A DNA stretch of 63,442 nucleotides, counting the filler, from Reticulomyxa filosa (Eukaryota > Protista > Foraminifera), in NCBI GenBank assembly GCA_000512085.1. It is 18 parts of 18 records of this genome, joined end to end, with 100 filler letters (N's around TTAATTAATTAA, not from the genome) between each part and the next. Parts side by side here need not be neighbours in the genome. Positions count along the whole stretch, not along the records: positions 10,858 to 19,590 come from ASPP01004327.1; positions 19,691 to 31,467 come from ASPP01021232.1; 16 more parts are not named here. One strand, given 5' to 3'. The notes beneath the pieces were generated by a model, which saw only the letters and a list, made by a program, of their open reading frames with translations, was not told the DNA's origin and did not search any database. A program made the translations under genes and the position numbers. Positions 13,801-25,783 of the stretch are shown here, piece after piece (the first letter of the stretch is position 1; each line of letters opens with the position of its first letter).

Positions 13801-16800
13801 GTGACCACTCCCAACAAGCCCTTATTTGTGAGTGGAGACACGGTGACGATCGGATACAACAGCGGTTATCAATCCAACGCGTGGGGATTCAAAGTGTCCG
13901 TGTCAGCGACCACAGAAGAGGTTCGCTATGAGTTGCCATGGGTATTGGACTTGGCCAAGAGCTGCGCGCTATTGGCAAGCAAATGCACAGGAGTGTATAT
14001 TGCCGCCCCTGCTCCCAACGACTTGGACTTGGATCGATCTACTTTGGACTGGCTGCAAAACGATCTGTTATCACAAGGCATTGAGTACGACGACAAGGCC
14101 GACGCTAAAGAACGTGCTGTTCTCAGCTACTTGCCCTTTGATCTGAGTCCCGTGCTAAAGCGCTATCGTGACAACAGCGACAAGCGCTTTGACGAGCGTG
14201 ACAGCAGCGGAAAGATGCCATCAATTACTTGCAAATCGCAAAAGACTTGGCCCCGTTGCTCGCTCGCATCCCCTATCAAAAGTTCCCTTTGCCCAGCACC
14301 GAAGTGGCTGTCTACGTAGACAATGCCGTGCTGCACGTATTCGCCGTGCTGCTCAAACACAATCTACTCACCAAGACGGCATTGAAGATGCTGTCCGATC
14401 ATAGCCATGCCATTGCGACGTCTACCAAAGTGGCCATCCCCGACAGCGTGCAGCGTGTCTGGAAAACGGCTCAAAAGCTGCGCGGATGGCTCGTGCAAAA
14501 GTTTCAGGCCGAGCTCAGCGCCAAGCAGGCCGAACTGACCCGTAAAATTCAAGAAAATGATGACGATGAAGAAGTGAACAAGGGCGAGGGCAAGGCGTCG
14601 GCGAGGAAAATACGGAGGAAAATGCGTCGCGTCCGCGGAGCCTCGTCCAGCCAAAGTGCAATGCCAGTAGGAGCAGGGCATAACGATGCCGAACACAAGA
14701 CAGAGTTGGAAGAGAAGAAGGAAGAACAAACGACACCCGGTCACGTGACGGGCATTCAAGGACGACAAACAGGAGCACCCAATGCAAAGGAAGTTCACCA
14801 AGATGAAAACGAAGACGAAGACGAAGACGAAGAGGCCAAACTACTAAGGAAAAAGTTGGAGGAAAAGAAGAAACAAGCAACCGGAATCGATGACCACGAC
14901 GAACACAATAAAAAGAAAAAAGGTGAACAAGATACGACAAAGGATCGCTCGAAAGAGGAAAAAGACAAGCAAGGGAAAGAAGAAGAAGAAGAAAAAAAGA
15001 TTGTGTACAACAACAATAATAATAATAATAATAATAATAAAAAGCAAGGAGATATCGATGAAAAGAACAGCGGGATAACAGACGACAACATTGTTGTAGA
15101 CAAAGTCAAACTTTACCAAGACATTTGCAAAGTGATTGAAACGCGGTGCGCATTTCTATTGAAAGTGCTGGCGGTACAACCCGAAGTATTAGACGACTTG
15201 CCCATGCCGTCATTAATGCGAAACAAATCATCGGACGCGCCGACAGAAAAGACATTACAGACAGCCACGGCCACTTTAATGGCATGGCACAGCACCAAGG
15301 AAGGTGTCGAATTGAAGTCGGCGAGCATGGAACAGCGCTACTTGATTGTGTGGAAACTAGTGCTCAAGTTTTTGGACACGGACAAGATTGAAACGGACAA
15401 ACTGATCGCCAAGATGGAAATGGATCGCATTCGCGCGCGCATGCGCGCCTTTGGACTGCGTGTACTGCGCATTTTTGTTGGAAGAGTGCGGCAGCCACTT
15501 TAGCATTGTCAAGCGAGAAATACTGCACTTTTTGATACCTTCGCTGCAAAAGACGCACGCTTTTTGCTTTGTCGGAGAAGCGCCGAGCATTTTTGGTGGT
15601 CTCGCGCCCATTGGCTATGGTCTGACGGACGACCTCCTCGACGCCACGAATTACCTGTATTCGCTATTGATCCAGTACTTGAAGGAGCCGATGAAGTCGG
15701 GCTCGCATTTGATTCAGGCCACTTTGTATGCGTTTGCGTTGGATTCGAGTCGCAGAGAGTTTGAACTAATGAATCGATTGGGTATTTTTGACGCGCTTAA
15801 AATTTTGTTGAATCATCAAACAGAATCGTCGCAAACATCAGAAAGCACTTCTTCTTCTTCTTCTTCGAAAGATGCAGTCGTCAAAGGCGATGATGATGCA
15901 AAGAACGCGGCAATCCAAGGCGCATACCAAACCTCGGCGTGGTCGCTTTTGGAAATGCTCGCATCCACTATAATGTCGATTCGACAAAGCCAAACCTCGT
16001 CGCAACAAAAGGCCGACATTCGAATGGACTCGTATTTGGAAAAGATCTACTCTATGGTCTTGGAGCAACTCGACAAAATCTCGCAGGTCGCGCCAGCCGA
16101 GCCGGGCCCTTGGATGCCGCAACTGCCGCCGACGCACGAGCTGAAGTTTGGTGGCGCCAAAGCCAAAGAAAAGGAGGACTCGTTGATTTCGCGCAAAGTG
16201 GCCACGGTATCACGCTTTGGCATTGCCAGCGGAGTTGGGGTTGGACTCGCCGAAGACGGAGTTGATGATGAAGAGCCACAAACGGATATTTTAGGAGGAG
16301 GAGGAGGAATAGGAATAGGAGTAGGAGTAGGAATAGGAATAGGAACAGGAGCAGGAGCAGGAATAGGAACTGGAATTGGTATTGGCATATCATCCACGGA
16401 ACAAGGCGCAACGACAGAAGAGTCGTTTCATGTGCGTGTATTGAATCTGGTGGAAGAGTTGTGCGAAACGCATTGGAATGTAAGTACTCAAGACGATGTC
16501 GATGACAATGACAATGACAATGAAAAAAAAAGCAAAGGAGAGTCGTCGACTTCATTGGAACTCCTCGGAACTACGTATTCTGCGTTGGATTTGTTTTCGC
16601 AAAAGAGAAGCTTGTCTGCATTGCTTCGTCTGTTGTGGAATGGGTCTCCTCGCACTCGAGTGGTGACTCTGCGCATCCTGCGACATGTGTTGTCGTCGCG
16701 AGCAGCGCCATCGTGGCAGTTTTTGGACGAATGTGACAACTGCAAACGCAAAGACATCAATCAATCAATGTTTATCCACCGACTTCTCAAAGACATTGGA

Positions 16801-19590
16801 TGCAGTTTGTGTGCCCCTGTGGTCGCCTGCTATTTTGATGGCAAGCATGACGCGTCCATGGTCCCAGCCAAACATCAACAGCTATGGGATTACTTTGTGG
16901 CACTGAAGTTGCCGCTGTTACATTCGACCGACTTTGTGTCGATATGCGCAGAAGAGATTATGACCTTGCGTTATCTGGTTCGAAAATCGCCGCAGTCGTG
17001 GCAGCCCATTATCGGCTCGTCGATCGAAAGGGCCCTGGCCTATTTGAGCAAGCACGGAAGCAAGACAGCCGACATTGGAGATGAGTTATTTGAATGCATT
17101 GGTGCATTGGCCTTGCTGGGCGGTTACGTGGACAACATTCGCGTCGGCAGTCGCGTGTACTACTCTCCCGAAGACTTGGTCGGCGTCGTCACAAGTCGCT
17201 CGATCGCCAAGAGTCGTCTCACGTTAATCCGCGAAGTGGAAGGCTCTGCCATTGACAAGGTGGCCATGCAAGAAGTGGTGGCCTTGGGTGACGAAGTGTT
17301 TGACGTGAGTATATTTGGCAAGTCGATCCAATGGTCCAATGTGATGCAAAACCTAGTCCACGTGTTGAAGCAGAAGCTGAATCTCGCCGACACGTTGGAA
17401 CATATCAAAGACAAGATCGACCTGTGGGACATGGTCAATTTCAAGATCCAAAGCTTGTGTGCGCAAACATTGAATGGAGTGTTACTGAATACCGACATGT
17501 TACAGTTGTTTGTGCGTCTATTCCAATCCAACGCAGCAAAGATTTTGACGGATATCGCCTTCACTCGCACTCACGAATCGTGCGAAGTGCCCACAGGCGT
17601 ATTATGCGATCGCTCGCACATTTTGATGAACGAGTGCTTTAAGCGAAGTCGAAAGTATGAACGCATCGAGGTGAGCGTTGAACACACCACCTCGCTGAGC
17701 GTCAAAGTGAAAAAGCCAACCTTGGAATTCTTTGCCGAGTTTTCGTGCTTGGGCAAGCATTTGGAAAAGCAACATCAAGGCGTGACTGGCCTGAGTGAGT
17801 CCACCAAAGGCACCGTCAAAGGCTTACTCAGCTACATCCAACTGAACGAAGAGCCGACCTTGGACAAGTGTCAAGGCAAAATTGTAATGATTGACACGTA
17901 CGGTAAGTTTAAGCCTCGACTGAGGAAAGTGAAAGAGTTGGGAGCCATTGCCGTCATTCTGGCATTGCACTCCAAATCGGTGATTTCGGAGGGCCTCCAA
18001 GTCAAAGCCGAGTCGGACAAGAAAAACAAAAAGACGAAAAAAGCAGCCATCACCACAGACGTCGTGGAACTCGCATCGCGAAGTGCAAACATGGATTTGA
18101 ACCCATGGCAATGCCAGCACCTGCGTTTAACAACAACTCCAACTGGAGTTGGGGTTCGACGAATCCCAATTTCCACGGCTTTGGCGGGATGGGCTTTGGA
18201 CAAAGTCAGGCAGTCCCGGCAATGCGAGGACGAGGGGTGATAATGCCGGAAGGAGGAACTGGATTTGGAGTGAGTGATGACATTAGCGAAATGGCACATG
18301 GGACGTCGCTGGACTTGGTGAGCAGCAAAAAAAAAGATGAAAAGACGGAAAAGAGCGACGCCGACGATATCGATGCCGTCAAAGGCTTGCTCGTTGTGGC
18401 AGTGCCGCAAAACGCAGGAGAGACCATGCGAATGCTATTGGGCGTGAAGGAAGTGAGCCATCCAAAAGCGTTGAATCGACAAATGATGATTCAAGAGTTG
18501 ATTGTAGTCAAAGGCCATGAACGAGGCTTGGCAGAACGGGCATTGAAAAAGGAAGGAAACACGACAGTAGAGGCGGCCGACGCGTGGATCCGAGCGAATC
18601 GAGAATGGCTGGTGCAAACAATCGAAGCGGAAGATGAAAAAGAAAAAGGACGAAAAGTAAAAGAAAAAGAGCGATCCAAAACAGTGTCGGCGGACCAATT
18701 GAAAATGGTGTCATTGGAAGAATTGGAGGATGATCAACTCTTTTCGGCCAACAAATGGAAGTTGGCGGAAAAATGGAAAGACTTTCAAGATGCCACTTTG
18801 CGCAATTTGACAACAGGATCGTCAAGTCAACCCGTCTCCTCTTCTGCTTTTGCGTCCTTCCCATCGTATGATTTTAGTTGGGGAGGAGGAGGAGGAGGAG
18901 GAGGAGGTGGTAGTATGCCGTCGGGCATATCGGACTACCACACGCACGTGGAGGAGTATGATCACAGCGCCGAACCCAATGCCGCGACCAAAGAGTGGTA
19001 CAATCGCGTCGCGTATCAAACCACACACGATCTATTGTTCCACGTGATAGTCACGGAACATGCATTGCGCGTGCACGTAATGCGACGTACCTTATTGTCG
19101 CTGTTCACGCAGATCTCTTTGCACAACATTGTGACGCCCAAAGAGTTTGAGCAAATCCTGCACATTTGCTTGGCATTACGTCCACATCCCGCGGCGGAGT
19201 TGGATCCAGTCAACAGCATGAAGGCGACCGATATCACAGGAAGACTGGTGCGCTGTCTGCGAGACGAACAGACCAAGTCTGATCGAGAAAAGTACTACTT
19301 GCACACCCTAATGAGCTGCTCGCAGTCCATTTTGCGAAACCTGTGTGCGAATCAGCAACTGTTCCGAAAAGGGTCAGGCCGTCGTGATGGTGGCGGTAGC
19401 AGTAATAGTAGTAGTAGTAGTAGTAGTAGTAGCAGTAGCAGCAGTAGCAGCAGTAGTAGCACAGGAGGCATTGGTGGTAATGCCATCAGTAACATTGGCA
19501 GTGGCTTGAGCAGCAGTATTAGCAGTAGCTTTGGAGGAGGATTTGGAATGGGAGCAATTGGAGGAATGGGAGCAATTGGGGGAATGGGAG
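10858..19590 (+). CDS. Giant (>2800 aa) protein with LamG, CUB-like and UBA-like domains, probably a HECT/HERC-type E3 fragment; split by 5 apparent sequencing frameshifts
   Basis: ORFs 11004, 11090, 13165, 14229, 15451 and 18105 abut at single-base indels in homopolymers. Contains LamG (TMECWVR...WTHVAATYD...IYVNG...DIRIW), CUB-like ESIHP...VSVPGAKVL...WGFKV and UBA-like KGHERGLAERAL...AADAWI. Confidence 0.7.
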
Positions 19591-19690
19591 NNNNNNNNNN
19601 NNNNNNNNNNNNNNNNNNNNNNNNNNNNNNNNNNTTAATTAATTAANNNNNNNNNNNNNNNNNNNNNNNNNNNNNNNNNNNNNNNNNNNN

Positions 19691-20590
19691 TCTGCTTCTT
19701 TCTGCTTCTTTCTGCTTCTACTTCTTTTCTTTCTCTTTCTTCTTCTTCTTTCTCTTTTTCTTCTTCTTCTTCTTTCGCTTCTTCTGTGGCCTCCTCAACT
19801 GACTTAGGAGGTTTCATATCATGGCCTTCACCAAGAAGTACAGGATGGATGGATGGATTTGCTCCACTCCATGCAAATATCACATTTCGAGTGTATTCGT
19901 TCATTTCGTCGTCCTAAAAAAAAAAAGCGTACACAATACAAGATTATCATTTCAAAAAAAAAGTGTTCCGAATTTTCATAAGTCTTTTAATTTGCCGGCC
20001 TTAGTTTACATTACAGCATTTGTGAATTGCCTTAAAAAAAGGACAGTGGCTTTTTTCGCAATTTCGGACAAAGTACATGTTTTTATAAGAGAGCAAACAA
20101 AAAGAACACTTCCGGAACGTGATCCAGAACAACACTTGAAAATTTTATTTGAAGGAATAAACAAAAAAAAAGTAAACCGGCTCATATTTTATTTTTGTAT
20201 TTTCACTAAACTGCTCGGCATGCCAACATCATATCTCTTGGTCGAATTCGACGTCGCTATTTATTTTTGTAAATTTTTTTTGACAAAGAAAAAACCGAGG
20301 GGCAGAAACTTTCACACCGTTGCTTCTTTTGCTTTGACTGTTGACAATTCCGCCAGTTCTGCAACAAGGTACTGTTTGTTTTTTTATTGAAAAGTCTTAC
20401 AAAGGTAACAATAATGCCCCAAATAAAAAATGCACAAAACTTCAACAGCAGCGGCAAGGTATACCGCCGCGGCGGTAGTCACTCGAGGGGCCACTTTTTC
20501 TTTTCTCATTTTGTGGGTCAGTCGTGCCACACTGAATGTAAGGCCTGCTCGTTTGGTTTTAGACATTCGAGACGGTTTTTTGCTTTCCAT
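19691..20590 (-). CDS. Divergent histone H2A variant with charged C-terminal extension (3'-truncated)
   Basis: Exons 20590-20441, 20371-20318, 20256-20212, 19913-<19691 (phase-0 GT-AG introns) give KRAGLTFSVARL...AAVYLAAAVE|YLVAELAEL...|RRRIRPRDMMLACRA|DDEMNEYTRNVIFAWSGANPSIHPVLL, collinear with H2A. Confidence 0.88.
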
Positions 20591-20838
20591 TTCAATTTTC
20601 TATTTGGATTTCAAGGTATTCACAAAAATATCCCTCGTTCACCACAAATTTCAAACTTTTTCAGAACAAAAATTATGAATACTCAATAAAAGGAAATCCG
20701 AATTTTTTTTACCTACAGCTACTCTTAAAAGTTGCTAGGTCACATATTTAGTATTGTTGGTATGCAGCGTATCTAAACGTATGTAATACTTCGATAAGTG
20801 TGTTAGGACCTTTTAGAGTGAAAGAGTGCATCTGCGTC

Positions 20839-22712
20839 ATGTCTCTCGGTTGGCTGTCAGAACCAGGACTTTTGCCTTCTGAAAGCAAGGAAATCTTCCT
20901 TGATCGCAATGCTGTTTTGTGCTAGTCATCTTATTTCTTCACATGAATCCTGATTTGAACGCAACGCCGGTTGAAAAAAACAAACACTAACAGCAAACCG
21001 AGCTCGACGAAGCGCTCTATCACAAAGAACAAGAGGCTAGAAGGCATGGTGTTATTATTTCCACCAGCCGTGCCAGCATGACCTCGTTACGAAACGATCA
21101 AAGGCGCTTCATGGAAAACCAGCGACTCGCCTGTCGAGAAGAATTGATCCGGCAAGAAAGGGAGCGGTTGAACGCTCTCAAATTGCAAAAAAAAGTTCAA
21201 AGATATGAAAAACTTAGTTTCGTTCACGTCTCCCTTTTTTTTTTTTTTTTTCTCCCCTCCTTCCTCTTGCTCATCACAAAACTATTTAAATATGCAAACA
21301 GTGAAAGGTGAATCCTCTTTGGTCGATTCCGAGTGCCTGTATGTTGTTCTCTTTTTTTTTTTTAAAAAAAATAAATAAATACAAAATACGTATACACATA
21401 ATGTTTTGTGTATGTATGGTATAATGACAATTTCAGGGTCGACTTTGAAGCGAAAGGACTGAACGTGAAAAGCCACGATGACGCCAAAAAGAAAACGAAG
21501 CGAGAGGTCGAAAAAGAAGAAGAAATGGAGGAAATCCAATTGGAACGAATGGTCCAAGCGAAGCTGCGCGAGTTTGAAGCGGAAATGAAACGCAAAGAAC
21601 AAGAGTTTGAAATGCAAAAGAACCTGTCTTTCGAAGAGCGAAGGGCAAGACGCTTGCGCAAGCGTCGCGCAATGGTGCAAGACGAGCTCAAACAATGTGC
21701 GGAACTGCGGCGAAAGATTCACAACAAGGAGCCCTTGTTTCGACTGCCATCCACTGCCGAACCGCTCAAAAAAGTCAACCCCACGCAATCGTCAGAGGGA
21801 AAAGAGCCTATTTTGACTTTTAAGACCTTGCCTGTTGTCATGTCCGTTGATGACATGCGTGGCCCGGGAATCGTTCCTTCGGACGTTCCTGTCGTCAACA
21901 CTTTGACTGATATCAAACAGCAGAATCAAAGTGTTATGGATGTTGATGTTGAACGTCAAGACCAACAAGAGTCACTTCATCAAAGTACATTTATATATAC
22001 ATATGTATATGTGTATATTCATTCTTTTTTTTTTTTTTTTTCTCCAAATAAATTAAAATATACTTATATAAAATAAATCAAAGAAACTGAAATTGAAGAG
22101 GATGATGGAATCATACCTTCAGCTAATAAGCGCATCAAGAAAGTAATACCAAGCGACACACGCCATGGCTATGCTGCTGTTCCACCACCCGCGTCACTTC
22201 TTAATAATGTGATCATACGGAAAGATACGGATAGATCGACGAACAAGGAGAAGGAGTGTAAAGAGGTGACAGAGGTGCAAGGCAAAGACAAGGCACCAGC
22301 ACAAGAAGTCAAGTTTGAAAATCCTGCAAAGGAAGCACAAGAGTTGCTGGAGAGTGTGTGGCAAGAGATGAATTCAGCAGTACAGAGTAGCGCTTCCGCG
22401 CAAACACATATGCCGGTCGCTCCGCCATACAATCCATACATATTCACTGGCACACCCGGCCATGACCCTAACTACTTACATTCACTCCCAGGAGGAATTC
22501 AACTGTCATATGTTCCATCTTTTTATGGATATGGTAATTATCCTCAATATCCGTGGCAGCCACACGGACAAGTCATGTATGCTCATCCACAACAAGGTCA
22601 TTTGTCTATGCATAATCCAAACCTTAGCAGTGCTACAGTAGCAGAAGAAAATCTACAGCCACAAAATATTCAACCACCTCATGAAAGTAATGTCTATCAA
22701 CAAAGCCATTGA
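20839..22712 (+). CDS. CCDC174-like coiled-coil protein (spliced)
   Basis: MSLGWLSEPGLLP...|QTELDEALYHKEQEARR (intron 20914..20993), LQKKVQRYEKL and VDFEAKG resemble the N-terminus of the CCDC174 family as recalled. C-terminus is Pro/Tyr/Gln-rich. Confidence 0.6.
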
Positions 22713-23499
22713 AATGTTCAATTTACTTCACATCGCATTAAAATCAAACAACTTTTTCAAAATTTATAGCACAAAATTAACTTTAAATTTATAAAAGTTT
22801 TCAAGTAACAAAATCAATATAGTAAAAACACTTTTCATTATTAACATTTTTTGCACTCATTAGTTGTGGACAACAGCATTGTTATTCTTCAAAGACTATT
22901 ATCAATAAAATTCATAACACTTTGGTTCAATAAAATATTAAGCTATGTATAAATGTATTTAATACAAAATAACGATTATATTGTATTATATTGTATTTGT
23001 TCTATTCAGTATATATTATTGGCACAATAAATGCCTTCAATTTAAGTGCGGCAATTTCAAAATGAGTGATGTACATCTAGCACTTAAAGATGCACGTTTC
23101 CGAGTACGAAAAACTATACACAAAATATAACTCCACAAAAAAAATTATCATATACTTCAATTTTTCGCTACATGCTGAAAATTAACAAAATTAATTTTTG
23201 ATACTTTCAAACACTTTTCAAATTTTCAGGACTTGAAGATATTATTTAAACCAAAAATTTGAAGTGTTTGCAAGAAAAAAAGATTGAAAGCGTAACAATG
23301 TAAAGGAGTTTATCCATCACAAAAATTGAGTGGAAATGAATTTCACTGACTAGATCGAAAATGGGTTTCCATGGTTCAGCCAGTCACAGCGAAAAAAAAA
23401 CAACATGTACACCAATAAAATTTTCAAAGAACCACCTGGACTTAAACCATCACACGTTAGGACATTTACTTTCAAAAGTAAAGCTTTGTGACTGTTCAC

Positions 23500-24012
23500 A
23501 GTATCTTGTAAGTTTTTCAATCAAACATTCCCATTTTCAGGTCCTCTCTCGATTTTTTTTCCATTTTCTGATCCTGCAGGTTCATTGACGCTCGAGGGGT
23601 TATAGTTATGATGTGGCGTTAGCAAATTGCGACAACAAGGCACTATATGCATTAGTGTGTCCAAGGGTCAAACAAATCATGCATGCATTTTGAAAAAAAG
23701 AATAATGCGATACTATTATTATTTTTGACTATTCGTCTTACACGTGTCACTATTTTGACGGTAAAAGATATTACAAAGACAAAAATCAAAACTGCATCTG
23801 TTTAGACGGTCTCCTGTTTTGGTAAGTCGGGGAAGAATGAATGCGCAAGTCAATAAAAAACATATGCTCAGCATAAACAATGAAAACGATATGATTAAAA
23901 GTGTGATCAGCAAAAATACTGGGTTTCCGAACTGGGCCGCAATTGACTCATCTCCAAGGTTTGTTTGCACATGAAATGTCTGTTGATAGTATACTCCTTC
24001 TACACCTGACAT
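23500..24012 (-). CDS. Possible small membrane protein (hypothetical)
   Basis: ATG-initiated ORF with a long hydrophobic segment, divergent from the eIF3j-like gene. The 3' exon is uncertain. Confidence 0.3.
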
Positions 24013-24263
24013 GTATTGATATTTTTAAGCTTGCCTTTTTATGATTTCGTCGAAGATATTCGGAAAAAAGCTTGCGATCCCTTTTGGAACTCTAACTCAG
24101 TTTTTCTCGGTTCTATTTTGCAAAAGCAACTTCACAGTCGAAACTAATCGTATTGTCCTTGAACAAAAATAAGCTGTTTTTTATACTACCACTCGGACAA
24201 GGAAACTTGAAGTCAACAGTTAGAAAAAGAAAGGAGTAAAAAAATTTCGTTGAATAGCAAAAT

Positions 24264-25256
24264 ATGGTATGATTTGTTATTATCTTTTTTTCTCTCACCA
24301 ATTTAATTTTGAATCTACAAAACTAGTCCGACGACAATTGGGACGATGCATCTGACGAAGATACCACGTCAAAAGCCAAGAGCAAAAAAAAATCAAGCAA
24401 ATTTGATGATGAGTCAAGTTCAGATAACGGAGAAGCCGACAAAGGAACGGAAGAGATCAGCAACCCCAAAAAACCTCCTTTAAAAGAGCCAGCCAAAGAT
24501 GTCGCATCAAAAAAACTGGTAGAAACCACCAAAGATGCCACATCAAGACAAGTGGCAGAACCAGCCAAAAACATCGCACCAAAAAAAGTGGCAGAACCAG
24601 CCGAGGCCAAGCAAGAGGCCCCTCAACCGGCTCGTCCTGTATCTCAAGCGCAGGTGCGTATAGAAAATTATGTTTGACCGCAATCTATCTCAACGTACAA
24701 GCGCACGAGTGTGTTTTTTTTAATAAAAAAGACAAAAACTGTGAAGGACGACAGACCAATGCTTTCAGGAGCCGTGAAATTAACTCAGTTTCCATTGGGA
24801 AGTGGTGATGACTGCAAAAATTTGGCAACTCAATTGTCTACTATGGTCTTGGACAAATTTTACAATGAAGACATCAATCGCAATGATCTGTTTGTTTTGT
24901 TGAACACTTTACTACCTGGTATAATGGACGAACTAGATCTTGTAGATTGCCAACAAATATCTTCCAAAGTAGACTCGATTCTTAAGAAAAAACAACAGGG
25001 CATGAAAAGAGGAAAAAAAAGTTGAGTTCAATAATTCCTTTTTTTTGCCTCTCTCCACTCCTTAGTAGTGTCATCACTTTTTTTAAACAAATTATGTGCG
25101 ATAATAGAACAAAATACCAAACCACAATTGGGCAAGAAATTTCAAGGAAAAGATGCAAAAAAAACTGTGGACTCAACAGAAAAAAAGAAACAGCCCACAG
25201 GGAATGAAAGAAATGAAGGGGACTATGACTCGGATGATTTTGAACTTTTTGACTAA
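24264..25256 (+). CDS. eIF3 subunit J (Hcr1)-like (spliced)
   Basis: ATG then intron 24267..24326 gives MSDDNWDDASDED (acidic Trp motif). Followed by a helical core (CKNLATQL...LLNTLL...CQQISSKV), a Lys-rich segment and an acidic-aromatic end DYDSDDFELFD*. Confidence 0.6.
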
Positions 25257-25783
25257 ATCAACACACATCTATACTTTGTTCTCAGGCTTAATTATTTATT
25301 CCACCATCGCTTGAGGATTATTGCAAATTTATCAACGAATTTGAAGATTTGATTTGCTCCATTCTTTTTTATAGCATCGTTTTTACATGTTCAACATTTT
25401 TCAACGAAAACTTTCAATGCTTAGTATTATATATAGTACCAATTTCAAAATTTTTTTGCTTGAAAGCTATCTTTTCTAAAAAAACTTTTATGTTAGTTAT
25501 CATATAAAAAAACGGAGAATAAATTCAAAAACAAAAAAAAGAATTAAATTTTCTTTTCTCCCTTTATTTTTTTAAAAAAATTTTTTAGGCTTTTTTTTGT
25601 TTTAAAGTAATTTGCGCGAATTATTACGAATAATGTATTTCACATTTTGTTATGTTAAGTATCAATGGCAGTCGTTTTTTTCCTTCCAGTTTTAAAGCAG
25701 CAAACAAAAGAAAAAAAGAAAACATTCATTCATTCAAATTATGAAAGATGAACAATATGATGAGTTTATAAAAAGAATTAAAA

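Noticed and set aside
11185-18110. Five frameshifts in the giant gene as programmed frameshifting or RNA editing
   Set aside because: Each is fixed by one base in a short homopolymer (about 11190, 13150, 14212, 15473, 18100) and they go in both directions, which is typical of pyrosequencing error. Transcript reads would settle it.
20943-20993. In-frame TAA suggesting stop-codon reassignment
   Set aside because: It lies inside intron 20914..20993 (GTTTTG...CTAACAG). Other genes here end normally at TAA or TGA.
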